Counted from the stretch's first letter, positions 1 to 8,738 are shown. The stretch is DNA of 33,146 nucleotides from a virus (IMGVR_UViG_3300034102_002845); one strand, 5' to 3'. Numbers and translations: made by a program. The notes: generated from the letters alone by a model not told the origin.

Positions 1-1
1 A

Positions 2-118
2 AACCAAGGAGAATACCTGCGGGCTGTGGGCGCGAGCCTGGTCGAACGACTCCAGTTACTGGTGGCGGGTGTCCAAGTCGACCTCGACGAGATCCTATCG
101 CCGGACGAGTCCGACTAG
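2..118 (+). CDS. 3' end of a PrlF/SohA-antitoxin-like protein (partial, 5' end outside window)
   Basis: Manual translation NQGEYLRAVGASLVERLQLLVAGVQVDLDEILSPDESD* resembles the PrlF-family C-terminus (..L.++..LV.G++VDLD..L..DE). Recognised from memory, no search run. Confidence 0.5.
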   Translation, partial: NQGEYLRAVGASLVERLQLLVAGVQVDLDEILSPDESD

Positions 119-191
119 GGGGACCTCGCCAGGGAACCTTTACCTCGACTCCGGTCCAGCATACTAATTCACACCCCTAAACCACTGAAAA

Positions 192-785
192 ATGAGAAAC
201 GCCACAATATACACTCTAACTAAAACGGTCGTACCCGTTTATGACAATGACAAATACGTCAGGTACGCTCCACTCTTAGACCCTGACGAGCTATTCCGCA
301 TACCTACAGATGACCCGGATAACAAGGTTTTACTCACGAGGAAGAATCACGTAGAAAGTCTCCCACTACACGAGGTTGGTTTCTGCTCAAGTTTACCTCT
401 TCATGATCTTCCTGAGGTTGAACGTTTATACTTGGAGAGTTACGACGGGGGCCGGAAGTCCGGGAACTACGACCCCTCCTACCTTCACTTATTTGCGATT
501 GAGCCTCAGACCGAGAAGATTTTATCCACCTACATTAACTCCAAACTCCGTAATAAGGTGGTCAAGCTTGAGAACACAGTACAAGACCAAGGGCAGAAAC
601 TTTGGACGCTAGGGCGAAACCTTGAGAAGTCCCAGAATGATGCTCGTGCCTTAGCAAACTCCCTTAAGGTTACTGAAGGGAGGTTAGAACGGTACAGAAA
701 AGAACCGCTGCTCAAGAGACTATGGATTGCCCTTCGACTCCGGCAAGACGGTTCTAACTGTGCGACCTTGATGCCACACTTTTAA
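192..785 (+). CDS. hypothetical protein with C-terminal coiled coil
   Basis: 197-aa ORF; heptad-like segment KVVKLENTVQDQGQKLWTLGRNLEKSQNDARALANSLKVTEGRLERY. Confidence 0.7.
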   Translation: MRNATIYTLTKTVVPVYDNDKYVRYAPLLDPDELFRIPTDDPDNKVLLTRKNHVESLPLHEVGFCSSLPLHDLPEVERLYLESYDGGRKSGNYDPSYLHLFAIEPQTEKILSTYINSKLRNKVVKLENTVQDQGQKLWTLGRNLEKSQNDARALANSLKVTEGRLERYRKEPLLKRLWIALRLRQDGSNCATLMPHF

Positions 786-815
786 CTCATTTAAGCCAAC
801 ACCGAAGGTTCTAGT

Positions 816-1007
816 ATGGAAGAAACTGACTACAAAACGGAGTATATGAGAATTTCAACCCTTATCGGGTCGCAATTCCCAGAATGCGAAGTTACTACGC
901 CAGATATGGTAATACTTTTGATACACGAAAACGACACGTTGCGTATGGCACTAAATTTACCCACGAGACGTGAGGTTCTTTCCAAACTTGACAAGTTTTA
1001 CGAATGA
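816..1007 (+). CDS. hypothetical protein
   Basis: 63-aa ORF tiling between neighbours on the coding strand. Confidence 0.6.
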   Translation: MEETDYKTEYMRISTLIGSQFPECEVTTPDMVILLIHENDTLRMALNLPTRREVLSKLDKFYE

Positions 1008-1022
1008 TTTCCACACAACAAT

Positions 1023-1778
1023 ATGACCGATAAACTGCTAGATGGCCAGGACCCAGTGAAAGAAGTACGGAACTACACGTTTTCTAGAGACTACGATACT
1101 CTGTACGACTTGAGCATGAACCAGTCGGTAGTGTGTGAAGTTGATTTTCATACAATTCAGAGTGATGGCAGGAAACGAAAGGGCAGAGAAATCTGCTCGA
1201 CTAAATACCACCCTTTCACGGGAAGTCACTGCGTAGGGGGCCGAGGAAAAGGTTACATCGACGCCGATAGCCTGGACGACTTTGTGAGCCAGTGTAGAAC
1301 CTGCAACTTGATTTGGTTCGTTCCTGACCGCTGGGGGGACTCCCACCTACAAGAGTCAGTCGGCCAGACCCGGCCAGACCTTGCCGAACAAACTTATAAC
1401 ACAATGACTCAGCACAATTCGATTGAAGTCCCCGACGAACTAGTTCATAGTTGGTGGCCTAGCGAGGGGTATTATGAGCGAGATGGTGATCTAAACATCC
1501 TCGCCGACAAGGCCGCACAATGGGGCGCCGACCAGGAGCTTGCTGCTTGCTGCGACTGGTTGAGAGAAAACGCCGACGAATCTGACAAGGAACTTTGGGA
1601 CTCACTCGCAGTTGAACTTCGTGAGGCCCGTAGGCCGAAAGCCCCTACACTTAATGAAATCGCCCTGCAATTCATGGGGACCATCGAGAAAGACGGAAGG
1701 TACCTACCCGAGATCACAAGCACCATTGTAAAAGCTTTGACAGAAGGTGGAAAAGCTCTAAAAGAGCTCAATGGCTGA
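1023..1778 (+). CDS. phage hypothetical protein (C-terminal AAQWGADQELxACCxWL...ARRPK motif)
   Basis: 251-aa ORF; motif recalled from small cyanophage/uncultured phage hypothetical proteins. Confidence 0.7.
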   Translation: MTDKLLDGQDPVKEVRNYTFSRDYDTLYDLSMNQSVVCEVDFHTIQSDGRKRKGREICSTKYHPFTGSHCVGGRGKGYIDADSLDDFVSQCRTCNLIWFVPDRWGDSHLQESVGQTRPDLAEQTYNTMTQHNSIEVPDELVHSWWPSEGYYERDGDLNILADKAAQWGADQELAACCDWLRENADESDKELWDSLAVELREARRPKAPTLNEIALQFMGTIEKDGRYLPEITSTIVKALTEGGKALKELNG

Positions 1779-2007
1779 TACATTGTACAAACATGGGTGC
1801 CCGTGCCTTTATTGTGTCAAGGAAAGGGCAAACGCCACAGCGCAACCTTTGGTTCACCCTATGGCCGTTTGTCCAACTTGCGGCAACAAAAGGTGTCCAA
1901 AAGGAACTCACCACTCGTTCAACTGCAGCGGAAGCAACGAAGCAGGGCAATTGGGAAGCCGCTACACCTTACCTGGCATTACACACACTGACCTTTCTCC
2001 ATCATGA
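1771..2007 (+). CDS. small Cys-rich putative Zn-binding phage protein
   Basis: CPCLYC and CPTCGNKRCPKGTHH...CSGSNEAGQ; overlaps neighbours by a few nt (translational coupling). Confidence 0.65.
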   Translation: MADTLYKHGCPCLYCVKERANATAQPLVHPMAVCPTCGNKRCPKGTHHSFNCSGSNEAGQLGSRYTLPGITHTDLSPS

Positions 2008-2213
2008 CAATGCAAGTACCCGTACCCTTCACCGAGCGGTACCCTGGACCGGAAGACTGTAGTACCAACGCAGAGTTTTGGGTGTTTTGCCCAGGAATCG
2101 GTTGTAGCGACTGTTGGGAACTTATGAGGTACGACAGCCAGAACTTAGAGTCTCGGGAAGAATACGGTCTCACTCATTGGTTGTCATACAACTCAATTCC
2201 CTGCCCCGTTTAA
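2004..2213 (+). CDS. DUF551-like phage protein
   Basis: PFTERYPGPEDC...W...THWL pattern; ATGA overlap with upstream ORF. Confidence 0.55.
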   Translation: MTMQVPVPFTERYPGPEDCSTNAEFWVFCPGIGCSDCWELMRYDSQNLESREEYGLTHWLSYNSIPCPV

Positions 2214-2214
2214 A

Positions 2215-2580
2215 ATGAACTTGCGCGAAGCACAAGAGAAAGCCTTGCAGATTTCTGCTAAAACTGAGCATGGCTTGGTGAAAGATAGAGAAGCAGAGAG
2301 TAAGCTCTACAGAGCGGTTCAGGGTGAAGCCATTGAGCCCGTAAGTGTTGTTGACCGTCTACCTACGCTCTCCGATTCTGACGTCGAAGAACTTTGTTGG
2401 TGGTGGAGAACCGACGCCGACGGGTCAGCAGTTGAGGGTATGTGGGAAATGCTACAATTTGACTGGCCAGTTAGAAAATATAACCTCTCAGGGAGCGGTT
2501 ACAACTACACACACTGGCTGCCACACTGGGCCATTGTAAATCCTAATGCCTCCTTAGTTAAAGAACATGGCAAACAATAG
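2215..2580 (+). CDS. DUF551-like phage protein
   Basis: PVSVVDRLP...CWWW...THWLPHWA pattern. Confidence 0.6.
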   Translation: MNLREAQEKALQISAKTEHGLVKDREAESKLYRAVQGEAIEPVSVVDRLPTLSDSDVEELCWWWRTDADGSAVEGMWEMLQFDWPVRKYNLSGSGYNYTHWLPHWAIVNPNASLVKEHGKQ

Positions 2581-2773
2581 ACAATGCTCAACTTGCTTTT
2601 ACTCGGTCTCAACTCCAGTTGTAGACCCTATAATAGCCTCGCTTACTGATCCCAGTAACTACGGCTTAGGAGCGTGGCGAGTTTCCACAAAGTGCCACAT
2701 ACAAGGTCCACCGAAGGAAGTCAATGCCGACAAAGATTGGTGCTACCAGTGGCGATCCAGAGACCGCATATGA
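2567..2773 (+). CDS. small Cys-containing hypothetical protein
   Basis: CSTCFY...C...DWCYQW; overlaps previous ORF end. Confidence 0.55.
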   Translation: MANNRQCSTCFYSVSTPVVDPIIASLTDPSNYGLGAWRVSTKCHIQGPPKEVNADKDWCYQWRSRDRI

Positions 2774-2840
2774 AAAAGGCGACGAACTTTACCGGAAAAA
2801 TCCCAAGCTATACTACCGGCATAGTTAACCGTAGACCCCC

Positions 2841-3020
2841 ATGCTCGCCCTACTTGCCGTAACTTACCTGCTTGTGGGCTTTGCAAGGCTCCTTTCTGCA
2901 CTCCCAGACTACGATCTACCGGTTATCGGGCACAGAGTAAGAATTTTGGACGTCTGTGGTCACGTTTTACTCTGGCCCTGCCCAGCAACCGCAAAGTTTC
3001 TAAGGAAGCTACGCCGTTGA
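2841..3020 (+). CDS. small putative membrane protein (59 aa, not in ORF track)
   Basis: Manual translation MLALLAVTYLLVGFARLLSALPDY...KFLRKLRR*; hydrophobic N-terminus, fills the gap. Confidence 0.5.
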   Translation: MLALLAVTYLLVGFARLLSALPDYDLPVIGHRVRILDVCGHVLLWPCPATAKFLRKLRR

Positions 3021-3078
3021 CCCGCTGATCCGGAACCTGGCTCCGCTCATTTAAACTTGAACACCACTAGACCCTAAG

Positions 3079-3462
3079 ATGAACGAAAAAACACCTCTAC
3101 AGCAACTCCAAGAATGGCAAGAGCTTTCTGACCACTTTCGAACCTTGCACACGAAAGGTGTTGTTTCTCCTGAAAACTCACTGAGTGTTGGAGTTGGGGG
3201 GTACTTAGATCCTCTTTCCAGGGAAACCACCCTAGAAGCAGGGTGGACCCTAAATGGAAAGAGATTCACACAATCTACAACTTTCTCAACCATTTTATCG
3301 GAGTACAAAAACGGGCGGTGTGAGGAGAGTGCAGAAGCCGTTTCAAGACTCGCTGGGCTAATTGCTAAAGATGTCACAAGGGGGCTCGAAGAAGAAATGT
3401 ACCGTCTTTTGCTGTCTTCCTCTAATTCAGTCCTGCCTCGAAACTTTGCGCCACCCGAATAA
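3079..3462 (+). CDS. hypothetical protein
   Basis: 127-aa ORF on the main coding strand. Confidence 0.65.
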   Translation: MNEKTPLQQLQEWQELSDHFRTLHTKGVVSPENSLSVGVGGYLDPLSRETTLEAGWTLNGKRFTQSTTFSTILSEYKNGRCEESAEAVSRLAGLIAKDVTRGLEEEMYRLLLSSSNSVLPRNFAPPE

Positions 3463-3510
3463 CCCTATGTCACCGTCCAGGTGTAAAGTACGGTTAACCT
3501 AATGCTCCGG

Positions 3511-3554
3511 GGGCGGTTTCCCACCTTTACCTCTCTGGAGGTAACCAGCATACT
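3511..3554 (+). promoter_or_regulatory. putative early promoter (GGGCGGTTT-N6-TTTACC-N17-CATACT)
   Basis: Same layout as copies at 6401, 8695, 10507 and 10794; intergenic. Confidence 0.55.
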
Positions 3555-3591
3555 TAGTGTAAGATTGCCTAACACGTAGGGAGACGAAGCA

Positions 3592-3819
3592 ATGAGCAAA
3601 AACTGTGGATCCTGTGCCTGCTACACCAAGTGGAAAAAAGATCCCCTTGTGGCAGAAAACGGCGGTAAAGGAGGTGAATTAGCCTCAGGACTGTGTGAGT
3701 TTCTCGACACACGCACAAAGCCCGACTGGGGTCACAGCTGCCCGCACTGGGTTGGTAAACGATACGACCGGAACTCCTTGAAAAGGCAAACACTGAGCGA
3801 AATCAACGAGAATGATTAA
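3592..3819 (+). CDS. Cys-rich hypothetical protein
   Basis: CGSCAC...GLCEF...CPHW; GGAGA SD-like sequence upstream. Confidence 0.6.
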   Translation: MSKNCGSCACYTKWKKDPLVAENGGKGGELASGLCEFLDTRTKPDWGHSCPHWVGKRYDRNSLKRQTLSEINEND

Positions 3820-4252
3820 CCGAACTTTGATAGCGAGAATCCAGAGCTACAAACCGAACTGGTTCCAGGACACGAATTGGAGTGACGAGGACGTTCTTGA
3901 GGCCATCGCCATAGCAGAGCGTGTTGAGTCCGGCGACGAAAGAACATACTCCTTTGCAGAAGCAATGGAAGATCTCGAACTCACCGGGGAACTTGGGTTG
4001 GTGACCCGCACCGAGAGGGGATTTGAGGTCGTTGACTTTCAAGATCTACACAACAAGGAGTGCAGCCTGCAACAAAGCTCCCTTGCCGTTTATTGGGAGC
4101 CAGGGACGTCTGCGGTGTGGTTGGGCCAAGGGGAAGATAGAATGCACCTTGGGGAAGAACAGGTTCAGTCCCTGGTTACTGTTTTGCAAAGGTGGCTGGA
4201 CACAGGACCGGTGTCTTCAAAAACTCCGATGCGGTCTGCAACGTCGCAGTAG
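3812..4252 (+). CDS. phage hypothetical protein (C-terminal TERGF..FQD..CSLQQSSLA..WLG..RMHL domain)
   Basis: 146-aa ORF; C-terminal motif recalled from widespread phage hypotheticals; N-terminal part resembles a RelB-like antitoxin tail. Confidence 0.65.
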   Translation: MINRTLIARIQSYKPNWFQDTNWSDEDVLEAIAIAERVESGDERTYSFAEAMEDLELTGELGLVTRTERGFEVVDFQDLHNKECSLQQSSLAVYWEPGTSAVWLGQGEDRMHLGEEQVQSLVTVLQRWLDTGPVSSKTPMRSATSQ

Positions 4253-4376
4253 GCGTTCCATGCGGCTTCGGCTTCAGGGCTGAGTGTATGCTTAGTCATT
4301 CATCCCCAGAAAGGTGATAATTAGAATGGACAGCAAGAAACAACCGGCGATAGTACCGAGGGTTGAGTACAAAATT

Positions 4377-4736
4377 TCAAACATTGTTGCCTGGCAGTTG
4401 TTTCATGGCCCTCTCAGTAGAAAAATTGTGTAAGGCCCTTGACACCTCGTCTCCAATGGTGTCCGTCACACCGTTAAAGCAAACACCAGCGTAGTCCGTC
4501 CAAGACAAAAGATTATCGTCAAAGTTTTCCAACAGATACTCCACGATTGTACGGTACGGCTCGTAAATGGCAAGGATCGTGTCAAATTGCGCCTGGGACA
4601 AGCTCACCCGATATGTGTTAATCCCGAGTGCTTCAGCAATCTGAAAAGATGTGTTTGCACTGAGATACCTAATAACGACAAGGTTATGGTTCCACATTAC
4701 GTAGGACTCAAGGGTGAGACCAGGGATGCTACTCAT
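4377..4736 (-). CDS. hypothetical protein
   Basis: 119-aa ORF, part of a tiled minus-strand block. Confidence 0.6.
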   Translation of the reverse strand: MSSIPGLTLESYVMWNHNLVVIRYLSANTSFQIAEALGINTYRVSLSQAQFDTILAIYEPYRTIVEYLLENFDDNLLSWTDYAGVCFNGVTDTIGDEVSRALHNFSTERAMKQLPGNNV

Positions 4737-4824
4737 TTACTTCACCATTCATCAACAGGAATGTCATCGACGGGTAATATGCGTAAGTGACGCACGGTTG
4801 GATATCTTTCAGTAAGCCCCACAG

Positions 4825-5064
4825 TTACTTCGCTGAACTAAATGAATTAAGGTAGTCAATCACTTTGTTGGTGACGATTACCCGAGCAAGCTCGTCGCTT
4901 GCCTTGGTGTCGGCATCACGTTCGTGATACCGTTGTAACTCTTCGACCGTAGTCAAAAATAAAGACTGTAAAGTCTCTTCTAGTTCGTTAAGCCAGACCT
5001 CAGGTACTCCTGTTTGTTCAATTTCTTGAACCAGTGAAAACATAGAGATTTGAGTTTTAATCAT
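4825..5064 (-). CDS. hypothetical protein
   Basis: 79-aa helical ORF in the minus-strand block. Confidence 0.6.
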   Translation of the reverse strand: MIKTQISMFSLVQEIEQTGVPEVWLNELEETLQSLFLTTVEELQRYHERDADTKASDELARVIVTNKVIDYLNSFSSAK

Positions 5065-5067
5065 TGT

Positions 5068-5340
5068 TTAAAGGTGTAATGAGAGACGTTGACCCTCAAG
5101 CTCGTAGGCTAGGTTCATAAGAACTTGTCTTGTCATTTGAGTTTGCGTGGTCATTCCCCAGGCCATAGCATCTCTTCTACTTTCCAGGTTCTCTTGTGGT
5201 CTAATTTCAATCCAGGGAATAGTCAGATCTGTAACTGCACGGATCACGGCGGCAACGCACTGCGGCGGGCATTCTGCCCCGGCGGCGGACCGGACTGCCT
5301 GAGCAACCGGGCTTAAATTCTCTGGGAACTCAGAAGGCAT
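5068..5340 (-). CDS. hypothetical protein
   Basis: 90-aa ORF; LSPVAQAV..A......AAVIRAV pattern seen in cyanophage hypotheticals. Confidence 0.6.
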   Translation of the reverse strand: MPSEFPENLSPVAQAVRSAAGAECPPQCVAAVIRAVTDLTIPWIEIRPQENLESRRDAMAWGMTTQTQMTRQVLMNLAYELEGQRLSLHL

Positions 5341-5617
5341 TCTCGTCTCCGATTAGATTTGCAAGTTCCTGAATAGTCATTTTGCGAAGGTCTTCGATCA
5401 TGATCGTGGCTTCTGTTGCCATCTTCAGTCCAAAGGAGTAACCTTGCTCATAACCTTCTCTTCCTGCTTCGTTATACGCCCCGTTCCACTCTAAGTTTTT
5501 CTTTCTTAAGTGTCTGTGACTCTCAATTAGTGATGCAACAGTAAGTGGTTCCAGGAGTGTATATTCTCCGTGAATTTCGGAGTCGTAGTCAGCAAGGAGC
5601 TTGTCGTCGTCAGTCAT
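5330..5617 (-). CDS. hypothetical protein
   Basis: 95-aa ORF with overlapping start/stop junctions. Confidence 0.6.
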   Translation of the reverse strand: MTDDDKLLADYDSEIHGEYTLLEPLTVASLIESHRHLRKKNLEWNGAYNEAGREGYEQGYSFGLKMATEATIMIEDLRKMTIQELANLIGDENAF

Positions 5618-5811
5618 TTTTTTTCGTGCCTATAAGAGTCTTCTTGGTCCAGCCTCGCCTCTAGCTTAGCGATCTTGTCGTAAAGGTCTACAATGGTGTC
5701 AATTAGGTCTTCGTAACACAGAGTCGGAGACTCTCCGTCTTCTGAATGCTTAGCGTAACACGTTTGCCATTCTTCGGGCTTTGTGTAATAGCTGTAAGGG
5801 TGTAGTGTCAT
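5614..5811 (-). CDS. hypothetical protein
   Basis: 65-aa ORF with a 4-nt overlap to the next gene. Confidence 0.6.
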   Translation of the reverse strand: MTLHPYSYYTKPEEWQTCYAKHSEDGESPTLCYEDLIDTIVDLYDKIAKLEARLDQEDSYRHEKK

Positions 5812-5877
5812 TAAGCTTTCCTTTGGCTTTAAGCTAGTCTAGGGTCGTTAAAAGATCCAGTGAGGGTAAAACAACTA

Positions 5878-6120
5878 CTAAGGCTCTTTTGTCGCCAATA
5901 CAGTTTCCTTAATTAAATTAGCCAGTTGGTCCCGAGTTAAGCCGGGTGGTGAGAACCTTATCATTTGAGCTGCAAGGGCTAATCCCTCGTCCAAAGCTGC
6001 TAAGGTTCCCTGTTTCAGGATGGCCCTTAAAAAGCTCTCTTGCTCAGGGGTGAATTCCTGAACTAACCTAAGATCAACCTTCTCCCCAATCTCTTTAATA
6101 CACTGAAGGGTCTTTTTCAT
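5878..6120 (-). CDS. hypothetical protein
   Basis: 80-aa ORF, first gene of the minus-strand block. Confidence 0.55.
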   Translation of the reverse strand: MKKTLQCIKEIGEKVDLRLVQEFTPEQESFLRAILKQGTLAALDEGLALAAQMIRFSPPGLTRDQLANLIKETVLATKEP

Positions 6121-6238
6121 CGTAAGTCACTGGTTTCGGTTTGTAAGTGATTTGAGTGGTCTTAGGGCAAGCCCAAAAATGTTCTTAAGGCGCCCAGCAA
6201 ATTTTGAGAGGGGTGATACTTCTGTAGTAGGGTAGGGA

Positions 6239-6388
6239 ATGAAAGAAGAAGCACTAGCTGCTTTTCTTCGAGAACTGATAACGCAGATTGAATTTAGAGG
6301 TGAACTCGGACTAACACCGCTTGGCGCACACGGGCACTACCAAGAGAAGTTGTACGCGATTGCAACTGAGTTGGATGGGCACGGTTAA
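6239..6388 (+). CDS. small hypothetical protein (49 aa, not in ORF track)
   Basis: Manual translation MKEEALAAFLRELITQIEFRGELGLTPLGAHGHYQEKLYAIATELDGHG*; purine-rich SD-like sequence upstream. Confidence 0.5.
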   Translation: MKEEALAAFLRELITQIEFRGELGLTPLGAHGHYQEKLYAIATELDGHG

Positions 6389-6400
6389 CCGGCTGCTCTG

Positions 6401-6444
6401 GGGCGGTTTACCGCCTTGCCTTTCCGCAAGGAAAGCGGTATAGT
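6401..6444 (+). promoter_or_regulatory. putative early promoter (GGGCGGTTT-N6-TTGCCT-N17-TATAGT)
   Basis: Near-consensus sigma70 -35/-10 with 17-nt spacer; upstream of ORF 6481. Confidence 0.65.
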
Positions 6445-6480
6445 TACCTTATACATACTCGCGCAGACTCAACTTTCATT

Positions 6481-7257
6481 ATGCAACCGGCAGACTTTTA
6501 CGTTAGAAGTCCAAAGTCCGTGGAGTGGCTCGGGTCTATTTCCTCCGACGGTGGTGTTCTTGAAACTATTTGTCCGGAAATCACGTTCGTCACCTCCGCG
6601 CACGAGTTCCGGTCCGGAATCAGGCGCATAGCCAAACGGGACGACTTTCACTCTCCTGAAGAGGGTTGGCCCTGGAAATGGGAAACCAGCGCATCTACCG
6701 ACTTTTGCTATGTCTTTACGAAGGACCAAGTGGAGGTCTACAAGTTTGGCCGAAAGAGGTCTTTCACCGAAGACGACACCGCCGTATACTCTAGCCGAAA
6801 AGACACTTGGTTCCCGGACATGTCGAGTGCTAAGAGCACGGTTAGCCTCTCCGGCACTAAGACTCCAAAACTAGAGTTTCTTGAGATATCGGCAGAAGTG
6901 AGGTACTGGGAAGACGCGACAGTCAATGAGACGATTGACAAAGAGGGGACACTCATCCCTCTCCGAACCGGGAAATGCTGGACTCCAACCATTCGCCTGA
7001 AAGACGGTCAGGTGATGGAGTGGCCCTACGGAGTCACAGCCGAAATTTACTACAAAGTGTGCGACCAAGGTGAGTACTGGCTCAGAGACTCGGAGCACCG
7101 CTTATTTAAGTACCGTGGGGATTACGTTCCTGACGAGTATTTGTGCAAAGGTGACGCGGGGTTCGGCGACTACATTATCTTGTCTATCGACAAAGCCGGT
7201 AAAGTTCGAAACTGGTGGCGACCGAAATTCAAGGCGAATGAGTGGGAGGCTGTATGA
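6481..7257 (+). CDS. two-domain phage hypothetical protein
   Basis: N-terminal ADFYV....EWLGSI..DG domain and C-terminal AEVRYWEDATVN...YKVCDQGEYWL...GFGDYIIL domain. Confidence 0.7.
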   Translation: MQPADFYVRSPKSVEWLGSISSDGGVLETICPEITFVTSAHEFRSGIRRIAKRDDFHSPEEGWPWKWETSASTDFCYVFTKDQVEVYKFGRKRSFTEDDTAVYSSRKDTWFPDMSSAKSTVSLSGTKTPKLEFLEISAEVRYWEDATVNETIDKEGTLIPLRTGKCWTPTIRLKDGQVMEWPYGVTAEIYYKVCDQGEYWLRDSEHRLFKYRGDYVPDEYLCKGDAGFGDYIILSIDKAGKVRNWWRPKFKANEWEAV

Positions 7258-7335
7258 GCGATCCCCCCCGGTATTAAGGAAGATTGTCCCATAAAATTTC
7301 GCCTAGCATTTTCTAGGTAACACTACTGCAACACA

Positions 7336-8443
7336 ATGAAAACAAAAACCGCAGCAACCGCAGCAACTGTCTTGGCTTTGACTTTCGCCTTAGCAACCCT
7401 GCTCTCGGCAACACCGGCACTCGCAGCGTCAGCCGGACGAATAAGCGGACGGAGCTTTCGCAGTTCGTCTAGCTATAACCGACCATCTCGGTCCCCAAGT
7501 TATAAGAGTAGCCGCTCCAGCTCTCCAAGCTATAGGGCCTCTCCCTCACCGGTGCTAAGAAGCATCCCTGCACCGGGGCTGAGTAGAAGTTCAAGCTACT
7601 ACGGTGGCGGCCCTTCGAGAGCGTACCGAAAAACACTACCCTATAGCAACCCCGGAAACAACAGAACGAACATTATTGTCATGCCGGACATGACACCGAA
7701 CGTTTATCCGATTGCTCCTCCACTTTATTCGTCGCAAGTGGCACCAGTGCCGCAAACACCTGTGAGCCCTGCGTTCTTTTTCGTACTCCTTGCTGTGTTG
7801 GGGGCTGGGGGCTTGGCTATCTTTCTGCTGGCTGGGGGTTGGGACGACTTTGTGAGCCCATGGGTGAGTACTCAGCGGGACAAGCTTAGAAAGACGACCG
7901 TGGTGAGGCAGCGAGTGGCCTTGCTCGCCTCTGCAAAGGACCTACAAACAGACCTAATACGACTCGCTCGGCGAGGGGACACGGACAGTGCTGAGGGTCT
8001 CTCGAAGATCCTGCAAGAAACTTCCCTCGCCCTTCTTCGCCACCCCCGACAAAGTTGTTTACGCGTGGAGCAGTACTGAGCAGGTGGCGTCAGGAGAGGC
8101 AGAAAGCCGATTCGACCAACTTTCCATGGAAGAACGCTCGAAGGCATCAGAGGAAGTTCTCACGAATGTGGGCGGGAGCGTCACAGAGCGTAAGGTCAAA
8201 CCCCAAAGGGACGCCAAGGAGAACGAATATATCCTTGTGAGCGTGCTTGTGGCATCGGACCGAAAGCTGGATCTCAAACTGTCGGACTCGCACGAGAGCT
8301 TAAACGCCAATCTTGTAACCCTTGGTTCAGTCTCTCCTGAGGATCTGATGGCACTGGAAGTTATTTGGCAACCCGAAGACGAGTTTGATGTTCTGTCAAA
8401 GGATGAACTTTTGAGCCTGTATCCTGACTTAAACGTTCTGTAG
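7336..8443 (+). pseudogene. DUF1517 (FLAP1-like) membrane protein, split by a 1-nt insertion at 8043-8047
   Basis: Signal peptide, SAGRISGRSF, Ser/Gly-rich region, TM helix, then LLASAKDLQTDL..LA..GDT...GL.KILQET.LALLRHP|DKVVYA..AESRFDQLSMEERSK; removing one C from CACCCCCGAC gives a single 368-aa ORF. Could be a sequencing error rather than a true pseudogene. Confidence 0.8.
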
Positions 8444-8518
8444 AAATAAAGTGCAAAAGAAGTGTCGTACAGGCACTTCCTTAGTCACTTTAAGAACCCT
8501 TATTGTTCACATGTTATA

Positions 8519-8737
8519 ATGACTAACCAAAGAGAACCCACCCAAGAACAAGCGGCTAAATGGCAGTGGGGTGACGAGTTGCTGGAACGAAAGCTGCCGT
8601 CGCCTGAGGAACAAGCCGTAGCTGACGCCGAGCACTCACTGCGAATGGTAGCGGCAGGCCTACAGCTAGAAAAAGCGGATAACCGCCCTGAGCGGGGCGG
8701 TTTAGGCCCTTGCCTTATAGCGACAAAAACGCTATAG
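8519..8737 (+). CDS. hypothetical protein
   Basis: Internal ATG of track ORF 8462..8737; start uncertain. Confidence 0.4.
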   Translation: MTNQREPTQEQAAKWQWGDELLERKLPSPEEQAVADAEHSLRMVAAGLQLEKADNRPERGGLGPCLIATKTL

Positions 8738-8738
8738 T
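8695..8738 (+). promoter_or_regulatory. putative early promoter (GGGCGGTTT-N6-TTGCCT-N17-TATAGT)
   Basis: Identical -35/-10 boxes to the 6401 copy; ATG follows at 8745 (possibly near-leaderless). Confidence 0.6.

Noticed and set aside
8519-8737. Weak resemblance to VbhA-like antitoxins (EEQAVADAEHSLRM)
   Set aside because: Too short and ambiguous to support; the ORF start is also uncertain.
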